From a virus (lineage: Duplodnaviria > Caudoviricetes), in IMG/VR virus record IMGVR_UViG_3300025674_000039, positions 1 to 61,460 of that record: a stretch of 61,460 nt of DNA; one strand, 5' to 3'. The notes beneath the pieces are model-generated. The model had not been told where the DNA came from. It saw only the letters and a program-made list of their open reading frames with translations, and did no database searches. How positions within the stretch are numbered: the stretch's first letter is position 1; every line of letters begins with the position of its first letter. Both the position numbers and the translations under genes were made by a program. Of this stretch, positions 59,095 through 61,460 are shown one piece after another.

Positions 59095-59138
59095 CATGTG
59101 ACCATGTGACCATGGTACATGGTACATGGTACATGTGA
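59095..59138. repeat. array of six CATG-containing 7-8-bp repeats
   Basis: CATGTGAC CATGTGAC CATGGTA CATGGTA CATGGTA CATGTGA. Confidence 0.9.
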
Positions 59139-59141
59139 TGG

Positions 59142-59170
59142 TTGACAACTGAATACAGTTCCTTTATAAT
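59142..59170 (+). promoter_or_regulatory. consensus sigma70 promoter
   Basis: TTGACA-17-TATAAT. Confidence 0.9.
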
Positions 59171-60613
59171 CAGAGAGTAATTTACGAAGACCGATGCCAA
59201 AGCAAAAATTCATGTATATCGTGAACCATTACATTCCATTTCCGCGATCAGAGTATGGTGGTATTTGGAATGTGGTCGCATCAGATGATGAAGAATGTTT
59301 TGATCTAATTGTCGATGAAGACGATGGATTAAATGGTGATTATTATAGTCATCTACGTGAGAACATCATGAAGGCATCGGTTTTTGAATTGGCAGATGAT
59401 GATGTCAAGAGTGGTATTGTGGAGCAATTTACGACATGACCGATCAAATTTTGTATCGAATCGAAGAGAACTTTACGAACGGATGGGAACTGGTAGATCC
59501 ATCGTGTCAGGGTTTGACACGGGAGCAATGTGATGCAAAGATCCAGGAGTTACTGAACAGTGGAGTGGTGAGTCCAAATTATTTGAGAGCAGTACGTGAT
59601 GTCTGATCCTTATATTCCACGGGTCAATGATTATGTCAAGTGGAAGAAAGGATTTGAGGGATGGGTTTATTTCTATTGTCCCGATTACATTACGATTGAA
59701 TTGTATGTAAAGAAGAAACCCGATGATCTGGTCAAGATTCATAAGATGACACATGTGTGTATTTTATGTTATTCTTATCAGTGGGACGAATTAACATTTA
59801 TCAAACGCCGCAAATCAGTTTATGACAAAGTATCAGGTGACGTATCTGGAGAACAGGAAAGTGCGGAAAGCAGTGTTCTACAAGATTGAGGATGCGGGCA
59901 TGTGGGAGAACCATATCAAGCGTGAGAAGAATGTATCGAATGTAGAAATTATTCCGTTATTCCAATGAACCAAGATAATATTTGGATTGATCTTGACATC
60001 CAGGAACATGAGATGATCATGGATATGATCCGTAGTCAGTTAGATACGATGGAGATGTTATTGGGTGGTGAGATGTGTTTTTATAATTTACCACCAGAGG
60101 ATCCAATGCGGAAGAGATATATGAAGTTGAATGATTTGTTACAGGAGGTTGTTACTTTATGGAGGAAAAGGTTTGGGGATGATGATGTGATTCAACCAGA
60201 GCACATTGGGAGTACAAAATGAACAGATATATGTTTGAATTGCTTGATCAGAGATTTGAGATGATGGATCGTGCAAGGAAATTGTTTTTTCCTGATTGTA
60301 CCTGGAAAGAACTGACCGAAAGTCAGATCAAGGTCATCAATGATATTTGCAATGATATTCTTGATGCGGCAGACAGGAGGCATCATGAGCATTGATCATT
60401 ATAAACCTGATCAGAAATGGAAGGTAATGAATGATCTGGAGCAGGCATTTAATCAGATCACCACATTTAATTTTTTGCTTGATCAACTCCAGGAGGCGGT
60501 TGATCAACACCAGCACCAACAGATTGTTGATATCACCCATGCGCTTAATGCTTTTTATCATCCTTATGTGAACAACTGGGACAAGAAGTTCAAAGAAGCA
60601 TGGAAGGAAGTAA

Positions 60614-60826
60614 TCACAAACGATGATGACCCTCTTCCGAAGGATAAAATTCAGTGGGAAGAGTATTGGGAGAAAGAAGCACAAAAATCAAAAGACCACA
60701 CATAAAAGTAATACGTAAAAGGTCATTCCAACTTACTGTAATGTTCTGACTACCACAGTCAGGACATTTTTTTATGTCATGTGTTTTAGAGTATCCACAG
60801 TTCTTACAGATTCGAGTTACTTGCAT
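60614..60826 (-). CDS. possible zinc-ribbon membrane protein
   Basis: CKNC...CPDC followed by a hydrophobic stretch; 3' end overlaps a + strand ORF. Confidence 0.4.
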   Translation of the reverse strand: MQVTRICKNCGYSKTHDIKKCPDCGSQNITVSWNDLLRITFMCGLLIFVLLSPNTLPTEFYPSEEGHHRL

Positions 60827-60851
60827 GTTAGAGATGTCGGAGCGGATTTTT

Positions 60852-61460
60852 TTATGCCTTGAACCAAAAGTATTGTCCAGAGCGTTTCTTATAAGGATGT
60901 GCAATACTTCTTCTTATACAACCATCATGAACGCCCATAATACGTGATGCTTCCCTTATACTATTAAAGACCTTAGTTTCTTCCCATGTCTTATAATGGA
61001 CGCCATATACTTGAATGGATTGTTTTTTATCATCAAGTTTCTTATATCGGTGCCCGTAACAAATCCAATTATTTTTACAAGCAGTAGATATAGCACCTGA
61101 ATACTTTCTATCACCTTTTAATGCAAGAGCAGCGGCACGAAACGATTCATATTCTATTTCTTCTAATGTATCAACATTGATAGCAAGTATACGCATCCTA
61201 CCATGCTTACCATCACCTCTATTCTCTGGTTTATGGAATCCCCAAAGATCATTATCTTCGATTTTGTTTTGTAGTGTAGAACTTATATTGTCACGGTGTT
61301 CTTGTGTCTTTTCTATGTTATGTGCTATCTCAGATAGTTTATCCTTTGTTTCTTGATTAAACTCAGGTGTTCTACCACCAGACGTAGCATTATAATGAGA
61401 AGAATCTTCAAATGTATTGTATTTCTGGATGAACTCTTCTTCCTTTGCATCCAGTTCTTC
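60852..61460 (-). CDS. GIY-YIG-type homing endonuclease, 5' truncated, with two NUMOD1/IENR1-like HTH repeats
   Basis: Frame is open to the window end: EELDAKEEEFIQKYNT...YNATSGG, then YESFRAAA...ISTAC and FNSIREAS...IRRSI. Confidence 0.8.
   Translation of the reverse strand, partial: EELDAKEEEFIQKYNTFEDSSHYNATSGGRTPEFNQETKDKLSEIAHNIEKTQEHRDNISSTLQNKIEDNDLWGFHKPENRGDGKHGRMRILAINVDTLEEIEYESFRAAALALKGDRKYSGAISTACKNNWICYGHRYKKLDDKKQSIQVYGVHYKTWEETKVFNSIREASRIMGVHDGCIRRSIAHPYKKRSGQYFWFKA

Larger units (their letters stand above)
57436..60705 (+). other. cluster of small, mostly acidic hypothetical ORFs
   Basis: 57436-57759, 57756-57953, 57954-58100, 58093-58260, 58257-58499, 58699-58911, 58892-59101, 59194-59439, 59599-59889, 59965-60222, 60219-60395, 60385-60705. 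Confidence 0.7.

Noticed and set aside
59095-59138. CRISPR array
   Set aside because: 7-8-bp units with no spacers; no cas genes
1-61460. Stop-codon reassignment
   Set aside because: Known genes are full length in the standard code, use TAA, TGA and TAG as stops, and no suppressor tRNA is present

Overview
A 61.5-kb segment of a T4-like cyanophage (Kyanoviridae-type myovirus; a marine picocyanobacterial host is inferred from talC, cp12, thyX, phoH and DUF4278 genes). Layout: (i) 1-10.6 kb, metabolic and replication genes (talC, HNH nucleases, glutaredoxin, thyX, phoH, exonuclease, gp33, gp59, gp32); (ii) 10.6-44.7 kb, baseplate, tail and fibre genes (gp53, gp48, gp2, gp4, tail-tube-like, gp26/gp51, lysozyme+M23 hub protein, gp5, large repetitive fibres and chaperones), interrupted by a Phd-like antitoxin and three tRNAs; (iii) 44.8-61.5 kb, an accessory region of many small ORFs, an SF2 helicase, three 2OG-Fe(II) oxygenases, an exostosin-like glycosyltransferase, a mini tail-collar fibre, CP12, a zincin and a truncated GIY-YIG homing endonuclease. 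Most notable observations: (1) at 3.88-4.87 kb, an NtcA box and promoter drive two interlocked glutamine-riboswitch-like (glnA-type) units, each with a small ORF inside its P2 loop, ahead of DUF4278 (GS-inactivating-factor-like) genes; (2) a U_UUU_UUA slippery site that would fuse gp26 to gp51 by -1 frameshifting; (3) a 22-bp palindromic operator at a fixed distance from the -10 boxes of six promoters lacking a consensus -35; (4) one His-rich fibre tip module shared by three different genes; (5) a CATG array abutting a promoter. All family calls are from motif recognition by eye; no searches were run.
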